From: Microthyrium microscopicum
Taxonomy: Eukaryota
NCBI GenBank assembly: GCA_010405405.1
Contig: MU004242.1
Span: 345,751-409,750, forward strand
Direction: 5' to 3'
Length of the DNA stretch: 64,000 nt
Within the stretch, counting starts at the first letter, position 1. The number at the start of each line of letters is the position of its first letter. Positions 36,179-48,206 of the stretch are shown here, piece by piece. A model generated the notes under the pieces. That model saw only the letters and a program-made list of their open reading frames with translations, did no database searches and was not told where the DNA came from. Made by a program: the position numbers and the translations under genes.

Positions 36179-38346
36179 TCAAAAGTCGTCGTAGTAGCTA
36201 TAAGTGCCGAACCCCTGGTCCTCCTCTACGTTAAAGTTGCCAAACTGGTTAGTTATCTGATCAATATCTTCCTGTTCATAGTCTTCAATATCATGAGTGA
36301 GGTAGTTCACCGGCAAGGCAGTCAACCCGCTCCAATGCTTCCAAAGAAGGTATTGTAAACGGTCGTCCTCAGCTTTCTCCACTCGACGAAAAGGAGGACC
36401 TCCTTCAACATAGGCCTCTTTCTTGCACCGTGTGAGCAGTACATTGGCGCTTGCGTCTCCCGTATAGCTGAAATCACCATATGCAAGAATCTCGAGAGAT
36501 GGGAAGCCTGATTCACCAAAAACCCAACTTGCAAAATTGTGAAAAGAATTGGTAAGTGGCGGAAGGTCTTGCACTTTTACATACGGCCCTTCATCGAGAC
36601 TTGTTCTTTCCCATTGCTGCTCGAGTATGACTGGAATTGAGTCGGTGGGCTCCGGCTCCGCGAGTGCAAATTCCAAGAGATAATCTTCGTCGGCGGGATT
36701 GATCGGCTCAACATCGGATTGAAAGGCGTAACAAGGATACGCATCAAGATCTCTAGTGGATTGTCGCAAGTGAATGACTCTCAGTTGAGATTTACCTCTC
36801 ATAGGCCCAAGAATTGACTTCTACAGGCGGAATTAGTTGCAATATTACAGGAACCGCGGATGATTGACGACAATTTTCTTAGAAGTCTTACCAGGAGCGC
36901 CGGAACACAAGATAGGCCTATGTACTCCAATTTCAAGGAAGCTAGAGGGTTGCAACCTGTTGATGAAGCTAGTTTTGGGAATTCTTCCGGATTCAGACCT
37001 AAGTATCTCTGGTCGCATGTCTCTTGATATTCGTTCCTTCTTGAGACATGATTGACGAAGCTTTTGAGAGTATCCCCATGATTGGCTACAGCAACCCAGA
37101 TCATTTTACCTGCGATATGCTCGGAAGTGCCGATTGAGAGTTGTTGGAGGCCACAAAAATGTCCAAGAAAGTGCTCTATTGCCGACTGACCCAAGGGAGC
37201 CTGATTCTCAGCGGACGCCGGTTGAGCGTCATAATCGGACTGTAGCTCGAAGGATTTTAGCTTTAGTGAGTCTTTTGGATAAACCTTACAGATGGCTTGG
37301 AGAAGACTCTCCCAACCAGGACAGAACCGAAGCTTTAGCGATTGAAGTTGGCCGATGTTGAAAGCGTAGGCTAGCTCTCTGCTATTGTTTGTGCCGAGTG
37401 GTATGCTCCCCAGAGAGAGTTTAACAATGCTTGAAAAGAGCACAGTCTCAATACCTGGGCGAACTCCAAGGATCTTCTCGCTAAAAATGTGTCCTGAATT
37501 AAAGATGCCAGGTTGCTGTTCACCATCCCAATTACCAAACTCAGACTGAACCTTCCTGTGCAGTACGCCCTCCAGTACAAGCTCATTGAGCTGATCCGCG
37601 CTAGTCTTGAAGAAATCGCGCAGAGTTTCGAAATCTTCTCTTGAACTTACCCCAAGCCAGGAAAGTCGCTTGAGCTTGGTAAAAGCCGTCAGGGCTAATT
37701 TGTGAGCTTCTCTAGGATATAGCTCATTTCCACAATTGTAGTCGGTCTTCAGGCTCATGTTTTCTATTCCGGCTTGTTTGAGCACGAGATAGCCATCAGG
37801 GCCCAAAATCTTCGGAGGCATGCAACTATTAACGGACCAGCTGAGTTTTGTGAGCATTATATTCCTTGTATTCTAGCGAACGCACTTGCCTAAAAGCCTT
37901 GAGATTATGGTCTTTTAGTTTCTGCAGAAGTGTTATCACCTTTCCCGTCAATTCTTCAAAACGTGATTTGTCTGAAGAGGGATAGTCTTCGTAGAATGTA
38001 CTTTGATCGTGAACACATCGCTGAGGTGTAGCAGTGTCAATCTCCAAAGCTTCGGTGTAATGGAGGCGCCGCCTAGTCCTGCTTCCGCTTTGCACTAGAC
38101 TGTCGACATCCAGATCTTCTGCGCGTGGATGGCGGTGCCGGGATCCAACAACCACTGATTTGTATAGAGCCGGAAGCGTAGAGGCGTATAGACTTTTTGA
38201 AACTTCGGCAAGGCTCTTCAGGTCTCTGAGATCCGGTATCTGTAAGGATTAGCATCGGCTTCAATCCTTATCATTGTACATAAGGAATGCCTTACCGCAT
38301 CAATGATATCGCGAATTATCTCAGGGGGGAGATCTAGTAACAACAT
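36179..38346 (-). CDS. F-box-like/RNI-like (LRR-like) protein, multi-exon
   Basis: First exon MLLDLPPEIIRDIIDA followed by a GTAAGG donor; LxxLxL repeats (LKRLSW, LNELVL, LQSLKL, LQQLSI); FASWVFGESGFPSLEILAYGDFS C-terminal motif. Confidence 0.7.
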
Positions 38347-39040
38347 GGCTACTACTTGCTAATACTGCCGCTGCAACTCACTTGGAGAGCCTAGCATGGA
38401 TCAGATAGAGCAGAAAAGATCTGGCAATGTTAATGAGTCAATTATGGATACCTGCTGGCAGGAAGAGTGTCGTAGTCTAGTTCATTGGCATACTCTGAAG
38501 TTCTAAACGCTGTGGTCTCAAAGTTAAAGGGGCTACGATATGCGCCACAAATAGGAGCGTAGCCCCCAGGAGAACAGACACCAGTCCAACACCCAAACCC
38601 AAACGCACAACATCTTCCATATTTATCTGGATAGGACCGCCTGCGCTATATCTGATGCTGGGAGGTGCATGAGATGGGCTTACGCAAGCCTTCTTTCCCA
38701 GTTTGGTATCACGAAGGAGAGAACCAACGAGTGTTTGCTCCGCCTCAAGCGCTGATCAAACATAACGTCGCTGAATCGCGTCGCCTCCATCCTTGATCTT
38801 CATCTTTCCCTTTCTTTTCCATCCAGAGTCTACGTTTCACTATTGCCAAAGTCAATAATCTCGCTAGCTAATGTCTAAACCTTAATACAACGTACTATAC
38901 ATACCTACTATTCAGTACCCCCTTCCTCAAACTGTTTAGGCCCCCACAAGTTAACCCCCGGTCATGGTTACTTCTGCCCGTACAAACATTTGCGATTTTC
39001 CAGTTCCCAGTTTGATCCAGATCAATTCGATTGCCTCATT

Positions 39041-40935
39041 ATGACGGACATTGTAGAGGCGACTTCGCTGTCAAACTTAACGCCTTTGGCGGCAGACCCT
39101 CCTTGGGATCCTAGAACGCAAGCACCATTTCAGGAACCGTTGGTGCTTTATATTGCGCGAGTCCCAGGCAGCAGAGATATCTTTCTTACCCCTATCAAGC
39201 CCAGGAAGAAAGTGGTGACCGCCGAGGATATCGAGAGCTCTCTATACTTTCTACATGTCCATGGACCGGATGATGAAAGAATCGAGCGCGAAAGCCCAAG
39301 AGCATCGTTCGAGGATATGGCTCCTCCACCACCACCACCACCACCACATAGGATATCGCCATCGCTCAATCCGGATCGATCTGTTGCTTCGTTTGATAGA
39401 ACTCTACCAGCTTCCAAACCTCTGCCAATGGTCCCTTCGTCCAGTACCATGGGCAGCCTGCCAGCAGCTCTCATGCCAGCAGCTCTCATGCCAGCAGCTC
39501 TCATGCCAGCAGCTCTCATGCCAGCAGGTATCGAACGGCGTCAAAGACCACCTGTAATTGAGGTTAAAAGAAAACCAATTGGAACCCCAACACCGCCTTT
39601 GTCAGCCAGAGCAAATTTACAGAATCAACACAATGCACAAGCAGGCCAATATCAGCAGAGGCAAAGTCCAGCATCGTCATCCTTTTCACCCCCGTATCCG
39701 GAGAACGAACCATTTCCAAATGTAAAGAACTGGCAGCCCAGGGCAGAAGATATGCTCAGTCCCCTCCGACAAGAGTTTTCTCGAGAAGATGCGCTATCTA
39801 GTTCTTACAACAGCAGAGCAAGCAGCGTCGACATGTCTCCAAGTGTCAAACCTCCCAGCGCAGAATCCCCAGCCATACCACAAGACTTTCGTTTCACTCT
39901 CATACGGCGTGACCCAGCTACTGGAGATCAATGGAATGTTGCTCGAATCCTTAGTCACTCCAAGTTTCAGCGACTAGCAGAAAATGGCACGAAAATGGAA
40001 ACTTCGCCAACGTGGATGGAGCTCACTATGGATAATCCCGGATATCAGAAATTTTTGGAGAAGGAATTCCCATCTATTTATCGATCCGAGTCGGATCTTT
40101 CTGCTTCCAGACGAGTGAACGTACCTCCCCAGTCCCGCTTCCAAAGGAAACTTCGTATGGAGGATTCAAAGTTCCCAGACTCTAGGCCAGGCCATCGTCA
40201 AACCATGTCAGAGGATTCCATTGAATATCGGAGCGGTGGTCTCGTCCCGGGCAATATGAGACGCGACAGTGGAGAGTTCATGCCATCGGAAGTCAGTTCG
40301 ATAGCCGATTCATCCATGTCTAAAGCACACAAAGTCCCAAGAAAACGAATTCGTAAGAGTGGATACGCTTTCAGAAGTCCATGGAATGGTCGTTGCGAGT
40401 TTTCCAGTGCGATTGGGAGTTCAACGTTGAAAGTACAAAGCCAGCCCAATATAAACCCACCATAATTTTCACCACTTTTTACTAACCTATACCACAGTGC
40501 TTACATAGTCTGGGCCACACCGTCCTCTCCTCCGAACTTCCACCACCAAAAATAGTAAGCGAACTCCGCTTCAACCTCCCCGGCCGGCCAACGCCAGCAA
40601 AGCCAGCAAGTCCAAACGCCTCCAACACCATCATATCAACCCATCCCACAGATGAACGAGTTCCGCGTCGCTCACGACTTTTCGGACGACATAGAAATCG
40701 ATCCGGATCGCGCTCACCAGAACGAAGTCCGGGGTTCCTGCGGCGTGGCAGCGAGCCAAATGTCTCGGCTAGTATCCTTGACTTGTCTCTCGGGCAAGAA
40801 CGTGCAGGCGGTGGGTTTTCAGGCAAACAGTCGAAATTGGGGAAACTTATTATTGAGCATGAAGGTCTTATGATGTTGGATTTGCTGGTTGCTGCGAATC
40901 TGAGTTTGTGGTGGAAGGCTTATGAGAAAGGCTAG
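39041..40935 (+). CDS. Conserved fungal hypothetical protein (intron ~40432-40497; start uncertain)
   Basis: Long ORF with conserved-looking blocks PLVLYIARVPGSRDIFL, TLIRRDPATGDQWNVA, FRSPWNGRCEF, SELRFNLP, LDLSLGQERAGGG..K.GKLII, LDLLVAANL.LWW. Confidence 0.8.
39461..39527 (+). repeat. 15-nt perfect tandem repeat (CCAGCAGCTCTCATG x4, PAALM)
   Basis: Four exact units plus a partial fifth. Confidence 0.95.
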
Positions 40936-41547
40936 TAGGCTTATTTTTTGTAGGATATGTGATAATTCGTACATGTCTTGGAATATCTTTTGTCGGTTAT
41001 GGTTGTTTGCGTAGGCATATTATCAGTAAGTGTTTGCTGATCCGTTTGATGCGTTGGAGGTGTTGGTATGGCATTGTCCTGGATGAGACGATTGGCCGAT
41101 TCAGTGGGTGCTCTTCGGCAGCCTGGACTGGAGTTGAGTCACGATGCGTTTGTTGTTTCCTTCTCTTCTTATAAAAGTGACTAACGACTTCAGTCACCAC
41201 CCACCTCTACCTGGCACCTCCATTTTTGCAATCTCGCAAACGTGCTATAAGCACCAGCCAAGGCAATCGCCTACCTGTAATTTCCCAATCCGACAATCGT
41301 GCTTTCCCATAGCTGTCATTGCTTGAGCAACTGAGTCTGTGCATCAACCCACTGCAAAACTTCAGAACACTCACCACTCGCTTGAAATCTTTGGTTCACT
41401 CGTTACCTGACATTCTTTCTACACGCACAATATCACTCTAACAAATCCCATCGCTGCTACTGTTCCCTAGCTTGAGTGAATAACGGGTATAAAGGGATCA
41501 CACTCACGCTGAGGTTTATTGATCGAGCCCATTCTGGGCAGGTCATC

Positions 41548-43041
41548 ATGTCACTTGATTATCCCCATCAGCTACAAGGCAGCGCTCAGAATAATCAGCA
41601 TCATGATCCGCAGAAAGTGCTACCCTCTATAGAGCCTCCAAGCCCCCGCAAGCTCCAAAAGATCAGAAAGGTCCCAGCCTCACCATCGCTCGCTCTTAAA
41701 TACCTGACAAATCTCCCTGGAATGGAGGAGAAACAGGCAGATCATGAAGTTACTGATACTGCTATTACCAACAATGTTGCAAGCCCAGTTGACCCCGAAA
41801 CTTCTCGCCCTCGTCCCCAGTCCAAGGCTAGTGAACACAGTCTTGTCAATTTAGCCAACTTACTGAATCACGATATTCCCATCCAGCGACCTCAAAGTCT
41901 AAACCGCAAGTCGTGGTCCACTCCAGACCTGGCCTTCGCTCTCCCAGAGTCGTACCTCCTAGGCTCATCCATAGCACGCAATAGAAAAGTGCGAGCTCAA
42001 TCCTCAAGCACCCTCCCCAAAATTGAACCTCGTATTCCCGATCCGGTGCCTCCAAATCGATCTTTCCTGAAAGGCGTCCGTTCAGTTCTCCGTATGCGAA
42101 ACCCATCATTCAGAACCACACAACCAACAATCCCAGAAGAGAAGCCCGATACCGTCGAATGGTACAATCAGTCCCCATTCCAACAAACAACCGTCCAAGG
42201 CAAACGTGTCTCTTCAGTAATCTACTTCTCTCCCGCCCCAAAAGCAACCCCTCCACCGCCATCGACCCACCGCGAACTCATCTTCATAGGCGCCAATGGA
42301 GCCGCCTCCTTTTACCAGCTTGTGTCATCACCAGACTTCAAAATGCGCAAAGTCCGCTCCCTCACCATCGTCATTGACGGCAACAACTGGTCATCAACCC
42401 AAGATGCGGACTGGACAGCCGGCCTTGCCCCATTTGCATCACCCGCACGTCACCGTCTACGCCGCTTAGTCGTTCTGATCAGTGGCAATACCCTTTTCAC
42501 AAAACGTTCGCTACGGATTGGCGCCGGTCAATTGACTTATGAGCGGATGAAGTACGATGTTGGCATAGGAAAATGCTGGCCCTACTGGCAGGCGTTGTAC
42601 GCGCGCTGCGGGACACGGGCTGACTGGCTTGCGGCGCCGATGCAGCCGGGCACAGTGAAGAATTTTGTGGTTGCAGCCGTGGCGCGGATAAAGAAGGTGC
42701 CAATTGTGGTTGTTGGCGGAGCCGTCGAGAGTGCAGTCAAAGATACGTGGATGGCATCATGCGTAAAGAAACGATGGGGAAAGAAAGTTGAAGAAGGCAT
42801 CCCAGCCTGGGCAAAAGGAGTAGGCGTGATAGACGTCGGTGAACAACGACTCGAAAAAGGAGGCATGAATGAATTGGTACGGGTTGATCGGAGCGGGACA
42901 ACGGCGCCCTGGGATGACTGGCGGGCCTCGATGGCAACGTGGGAAGAGGTTGAGATGGATAAGTTGCGGGATATCAATTTGGGATGGAAGGTGATCAAAG
43001 GAAACGGTCGCTACGTTGTGGGACGAGAAGATGAATTGTGA
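41548..43041 (+). CDS. Hypothetical protein with disordered N-half and globular C-half
   Basis: Uninterrupted ~498-codon frame; no family recognised. Confidence 0.65.
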   Translation: MSLDYPHQLQGSAQNNQHHDPQKVLPSIEPPSPRKLQKIRKVPASPSLALKYLTNLPGMEEKQADHEVTDTAITNNVASPVDPETSRPRPQSKASEHSLVNLANLLNHDIPIQRPQSLNRKSWSTPDLAFALPESYLLGSSIARNRKVRAQSSSTLPKIEPRIPDPVPPNRSFLKGVRSVLRMRNPSFRTTQPTIPEEKPDTVEWYNQSPFQQTTVQGKRVSSVIYFSPAPKATPPPPSTHRELIFIGANGAASFYQLVSSPDFKMRKVRSLTIVIDGNNWSSTQDADWTAGLAPFASPARHRLRRLVVLISGNTLFTKRSLRIGAGQLTYERMKYDVGIGKCWPYWQALYARCGTRADWLAAPMQPGTVKNFVVAAVARIKKVPIVVVGGAVESAVKDTWMASCVKKRWGKKVEEGIPAWAKGVGVIDVGEQRLEKGGMNELVRVDRSGTTAPWDDWRASMATWEEVEMDKLRDINLGWKVIKGNGRYVVGREDEL

Positions 43042-43224
43042 CGAATACAACTGTAATGAGGACATGGCAACTGTGACGAGTAAACGATAACGAGGAAGCG
43101 GCTACGGCGAGGGTTGGTGGGCGTAATACATTCATAGCATTCATTGGATAGATTGGGTATCATTATCATACTGTACGAACACCTTGTATGACTCGAGGGA
43201 TAGAAATTCCACTCTGTTCTCTTT

Positions 43225-43717
43225 TCAAGCTTTAACTTTCTTCTTTTTCTTGCCTTTGCTTCGATCTCGTTTCTTCAGTCCTGACATGCCTGTCCGACAT
43301 AGCTCTGCGTATTTCCCAAAGAAGCTTTCTAGTTCATCTGGTTGGACGACTGTGGCTATTTTGATCTTGTCTTTTCTGTCCTTTTTCGATTTGCCATTGG
43401 TAGCGCGGATGAGGACTGGGAGGTGGGTTGGTGGAGAGATGTCGGCATAGTCTAGCAGGCTATCGCTTCTTAGATCTGATTTCGTGTCATCGTCGGAGAT
43501 GCCTGATACTGGAGCTTGTTAGTGGTGTGTATACAGGTGATGGACTACATACGTCTTTTTTGGGTGAGATATATGGACGCTTTGGATTTGGTGGATGCGG
43601 ATTTGAGGAGCTCAGAGAGGCGGTCCAGGAACTAGAGCATATCTGTTAGCTCATATCGTATATGCCAGTGTGCAAGATGGTTACCTCGTCATTACTTAAT
43701 CTCTCCTGCTCTGCCAT
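43225..43717 (-). CDS. SRP14: Signal recognition particle subunit SRP14 (two introns; absent from the ORF track)
   Basis: Spliced: MAEQERLSNDE|FLDRLSELL...SIYLTQKR...PVLIRATNGK...KIKIATVVQPDELESFFGKYAELCRTGMSGLKKRDRSKGKKKK. Confidence 0.9.
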
Positions 43718-43938
43718 GGCGACATTGGCTGTCAGTCTCGTCTGGTGTCAATGGGATGAAGTTGGAAAGTGACGATTTGGTGGACTGTGGGGCACTTGTG
43801 TGGCGTTCCCGTCCACCTGCATGCAATTTTCAGAACTTTTTTTGACCACCAACCACCAACTTTCGCGATACCACCATTCGACGCCTATGAAACCTGTTGC
43901 CTTCAAACTTGAGACAACTGTCTTCAGTTTCAGTCAAG

Positions 43939-46610
43939 ATGAATAGAAAGAATTTTGGAGCTCCACGACTCCCGAAAGACCTTCTAGATAAAGTCGATCC
44001 GAGCGGCGCAACCCACAAAAACAGCAAGCGAAGTCTTCCGCGCAAAGAACAGCGCAAGGCAGCCAGACAGGAGAAGAAAGCCGCGCGATCACAGCCGAAG
44101 CAATATACAAAACGGCCTGCTGTGGAAATACGAGAAGATGAGGAGGAAGACTTCATCGCTGATCCCTGGGCGCACGAGAACGACGATGGCAGCGACGAAG
44201 AAGATTTTCCCCAACCACCGAAGAAACGAGTAAAAACGACCTCGGATACAAAAGCAATAAAGGGCATATTGAAGCCAGCGAAACCACTTGACTCTACAAG
44301 ATCCCCTTCTCCACCACCGAGACCGTCGAGGGCTGTGCGCGATGCGCTGAAGCAGGATGATTCTGAGATTGCATTTTTGGAAAAGAAGTTGGGGATCAAG
44401 AATAAGAAGAGACCAAAGGCGTTTTCTGAGGATGGGCTTGATGAGCTGCTGGATGGCATTGATGATATTATGGGCTTGAATGAGGAGAAACCGGGGAAGA
44501 ATGATGATAATGAGTGGCTAAAGTCAAAGAGAAAACGAAATCAAATACTGGAAGAGCATTCTGATGAGGATGCGTCAGAGGCGGAGACCGACCTTGAAGA
44601 ATTTGATGGATTTGAAAGCGAGGGCGACTTGGATGACGAGGATGATCTTGATGATGATGTCGTAGCGAGTGATATGGATGGTAGTAACGGCCAGGACGAG
44701 GAAGACCCATTCGATCAGTCCGATGAAGAGATACCTCCTCCAAAGAGAGTTCGAGAGAATCCATACCGGGCTCCAGTACCCGAATCTTCTGCCCCGGTTC
44801 AGAAATACATCCCACCATCACTACGCGGACCAGCAAAAGATGACCAGGAACTTATCATTCGCATCAAGAGACAGCTTCAAGGCTTACTCAATAAGCTATC
44901 AGAGAACAATATGCTCAGTATCCTGAAAGATTTGGAAGGCGTTCTAGCCAGTAACCCACGACAACATGTCATCTGCACGCTCATCGATTTGCTGATCGGC
45001 CAAGTCTGCGACCGAACAAGCCATATGGATACTTTTATCATCTTACATGCCGGCTTTATATCAGCAGTTTACAAAATGATTGGTCCACATTTTGGAGCTC
45101 AGCTTTTGGAACGGATAGTTGGCGACTTCAACCGTTTCTACGAAGTGACTAAACAAAAACAAGATGGCAGCAAAGAGACCTCGAATCTGATTGCTCTCCT
45201 TGCCGAAATATACACATTCCAAGTGATCAATTGCAACTTGATCTTCGACCTTATTCGCCTCTTGGTTATCGATCTTTCAGAGCTGGACACTGAGCTCTTA
45301 CTCAAATTGATCAAGAATTGTGGTCCTCAGCTTCGTGCTGATGACGCTACAGCATTGAAAGACATTGTAATTCTTGTGCAGAAAGCCGTTACTGCAAAAG
45401 GTGGAGAGTCGAAGCTCTCTGTGCGAACAAAGTTCATGATTGAAACCATCTCTAACCTCAAGAACAATCGAATTAAGACTATACCTGGCTCCGGCAACTC
45501 CTCTGAACACGTCCTCCGCATCAAGAAGAACCTCAAAGCTCGCAACTTCAAAAATACTGAACCTCTTGGCGTTGGTCTCAAAGATATCGAGAACGCGACC
45601 AAAGGGGGTAAATGGTGGCTGGTAGGGGCAAGCTGGAACAACGAGACGAAATCTGCAACGGACATTGCCCAAAACAGCGATGATGAGGCTAACGACGACT
45701 ATTTCGCGACGCAGTCTACAGATACATCTGTGGACCTGCTCGCACTTGCCAAACAACACCGCATGAACACCGATATCCGACGCTCCATCTTCGTCACCAT
45801 CATGTCGTCAGTCGACTACAAAGACTGCTGGATGCGTCTGCGCAGACTACATCTCAGTAAGACGCAGCAATTCGAAATCCCGCGCGTCCTCGTCTACTGT
45901 GCTGGCGCAGAAGGCACATACAACCCGTACTACCGACTAGTAGCCAAGAAGCTATCCAGCGAACATAAGATGCGCAAAGCATTACAATTCAACCTATGGC
46001 GCACATTCCGGCGCTGCGGCGAAAAAGATGATTTAGCAGAGGACAGTGAAGGCGACGACGAACGAGGTGATGAGACAGAAGATGAGATCCAACTACGTGA
46101 GATAGTCAGCTTAGCACGCTTCTTCGGCGAGCTAATAGCTGGAGCTTCATTACCAATTACGGTGCTAAAGGTATGTGACAGAACAAGCAACAACGCCCCT
46201 CCAATGCTTTCGGCCAGAACCTGCCGCCTTCTTTGCCTTGATGTATGCGCAAAACAAAGCAGCCTATGTGCTAATATACAAGAAACTAGATTCTCAACTT
46301 TGTCTACCTCCAAGACAAGACCTCCTCGTTTCTCGAAGTCCTGCTCGTTACCGCCCTGCAGACAATCGACCGGCGATGCAAGTCCAACGAAGCAGAAAGC
46401 CAAGCTGCTGTAGCGCAAATATTCAGCAAGGCCAAAAATGCTCCTCAAATGGTGCCGGGCCTGCAATACTTCCTTACAAAGTCTGTCCAGGTATCGACCC
46501 TAGTGTCTTCGCGTGCAGAAAAAGCTGCTTTGACACGTACTGCCGGCGCAGCTGTCGACGCTATGATGTTGCTCGATTTCGCCGCCGCTGACTTTGATAT
46601 AGACAGTTAG
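43939..46610 (+). CDS. SGD1: Nucleolar MIF4G/MA3 domain protein Sgd1/NOM1 (intron ~46171-46289)
   Basis: KYIPPSLR, LQGLLNKLSENN (MIF4G), RTKFMIETI..LKNN, GKWWLVGASW, RMNTDIRRSIFVTIMSS.DY (MA3), YNPYY. Confidence 0.92.
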
Positions 46611-46671
46611 ATAAAATGTCTTTGTTCCCAATTTCATGATCTTCCTTCCAATTTTCTTGATGTGTTTTTCT

Positions 46672-48206
46672 TCAGTCGCCGACGATCATCCACAATGCAC
46701 CCCCTATGATGCATAATATCATGAGAAAGGTGAGCAACGCCGCACCCACGCGATCCGCATTCGTAATCCGATTCATCCGCACCGCAGTTGGTCCACCAAG
46801 ACCTGCATTTGCATCACCTTCACTCGTCCCGCCGGTTTTGGCAGTCACTGGCTTAGCACTCTTCTCAATCAAGGGGGCCCCAATCGCGCTCAACGCACTC
46901 ATCTGTTCTCCCACACCTCGGAAGCCATCCCAAGTACCAGTATTCCAGTTCTGCCCACACCAATTCCCGCCATCACCACCGCTACATTGACGTGCAGCAC
47001 CTTCAGCGGATGCGCGCAACTTTGGTAGAATGGCGGACGCAGTAAAGGGAGCGAGTTGCGTGGTGACGGCGAGCCAGCGGGCAGTGTAGGCTTTGAAGGA
47101 TGTCTGATCAGGGTTGCAGATGCGTTTTTCTTCACAGTTGATTTCGACCATTATGTTGGGGGAGGTTGGTGCGTTGGCGTATTTAGTTGGGTAGAAGGTG
47201 CTGTAGAACTTTTCGAGATGTTTGGAGAGGCGGGTTTTCCATTTTTCTTGTTCGCTGCCTTTCTTCTAGATGGGGTTGTTAGCTGGTGGTAGCCAAGGGA
47301 GTGAAACGGAGTCTTACGATGCTGTACATGTAGGCAGAGCCCATTATCATGGTGCCGTAGTTATATGTCCATTGATCGTGGTTGGTGTCAGTGCAATTTT
47401 TGGCTACATTAGAGCCATCGTTGACTTGACCGTCTGATCCAAGATTTGGCGTCGATGCCATCCAGTCGTACATTTTGTCTGCCCAATCGGAATATGTTTC
47501 GTTTCCTATTTCAATCAGCACCAATCTATATCAGCTGTGATGTTAAATCCTACCAGTGTATCGAGCCAGCCGAGCAGCTAGTTGGAAAAAGGCACCGTTC
47601 GAAATCACGTTCTTGTACTCATAACCCGCGTTCGTGAAGAAGATCTGCCACCTCAGTCCACCAGCGCAAGTCGATGTATCCCACCGTGTAACCTGACTAT
47701 TAAACACGCCTTGTGCGAGAGCAATCCAACTAGGCATTTTCCTCGGCGGATCCGGAAATTTCAGTTCTGCCGCGGTCATTGCGGAAAATCCCCAGAAAGC
47801 CTGGTCATCATTTCCTTCCTCTTTCGTGACATTTTCTGGCATAAAGTTCTTTTGTGGACCTATTTGAAAAAGTAGGGCGTCTGTGACTAGTTTGTTGTAT
47901 GTGTCATCACCGGTGTATGACCAGTATTCTATCAGCCCTCCCCATAGTGCTCCGGCTTGCCACCAGTAGTATGGTTTGGGGAGGACACCCGGTGTGCCTC
48001 CGGGTTTATCGCCTGTGTAGAATGTGAGGGTGTTCTTGATAATTGCGGAAGTGGCTTTTTTGGTGGAGTCTGCGCTGTTAGTATCATGATGATCTGAAGA
48101 GAGCAGATTGCTTACCTGCATCGCCAACAGTGAGATCTATGCTTAGAGCCGTCCGACAAACCAACAGTATTATGAAGGGTAGGACGAATCCAAGTTTGAA
48201 CGCCAT
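46672..48206 (-). CDS. GH76 alpha-1,6-mannanase/transglycosidase, DCW1/DFG5-like, GPI-anchored, multi-exon
   Basis: Signal peptide, PYYWWQAGALW, EGNDDQAFW catalytic DD, CAGGLRWQI, YKNVISNG.FFQLAARLARYTG, DQTSFKAY.ARW, hydrophobic C-terminus. Confidence 0.93.
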
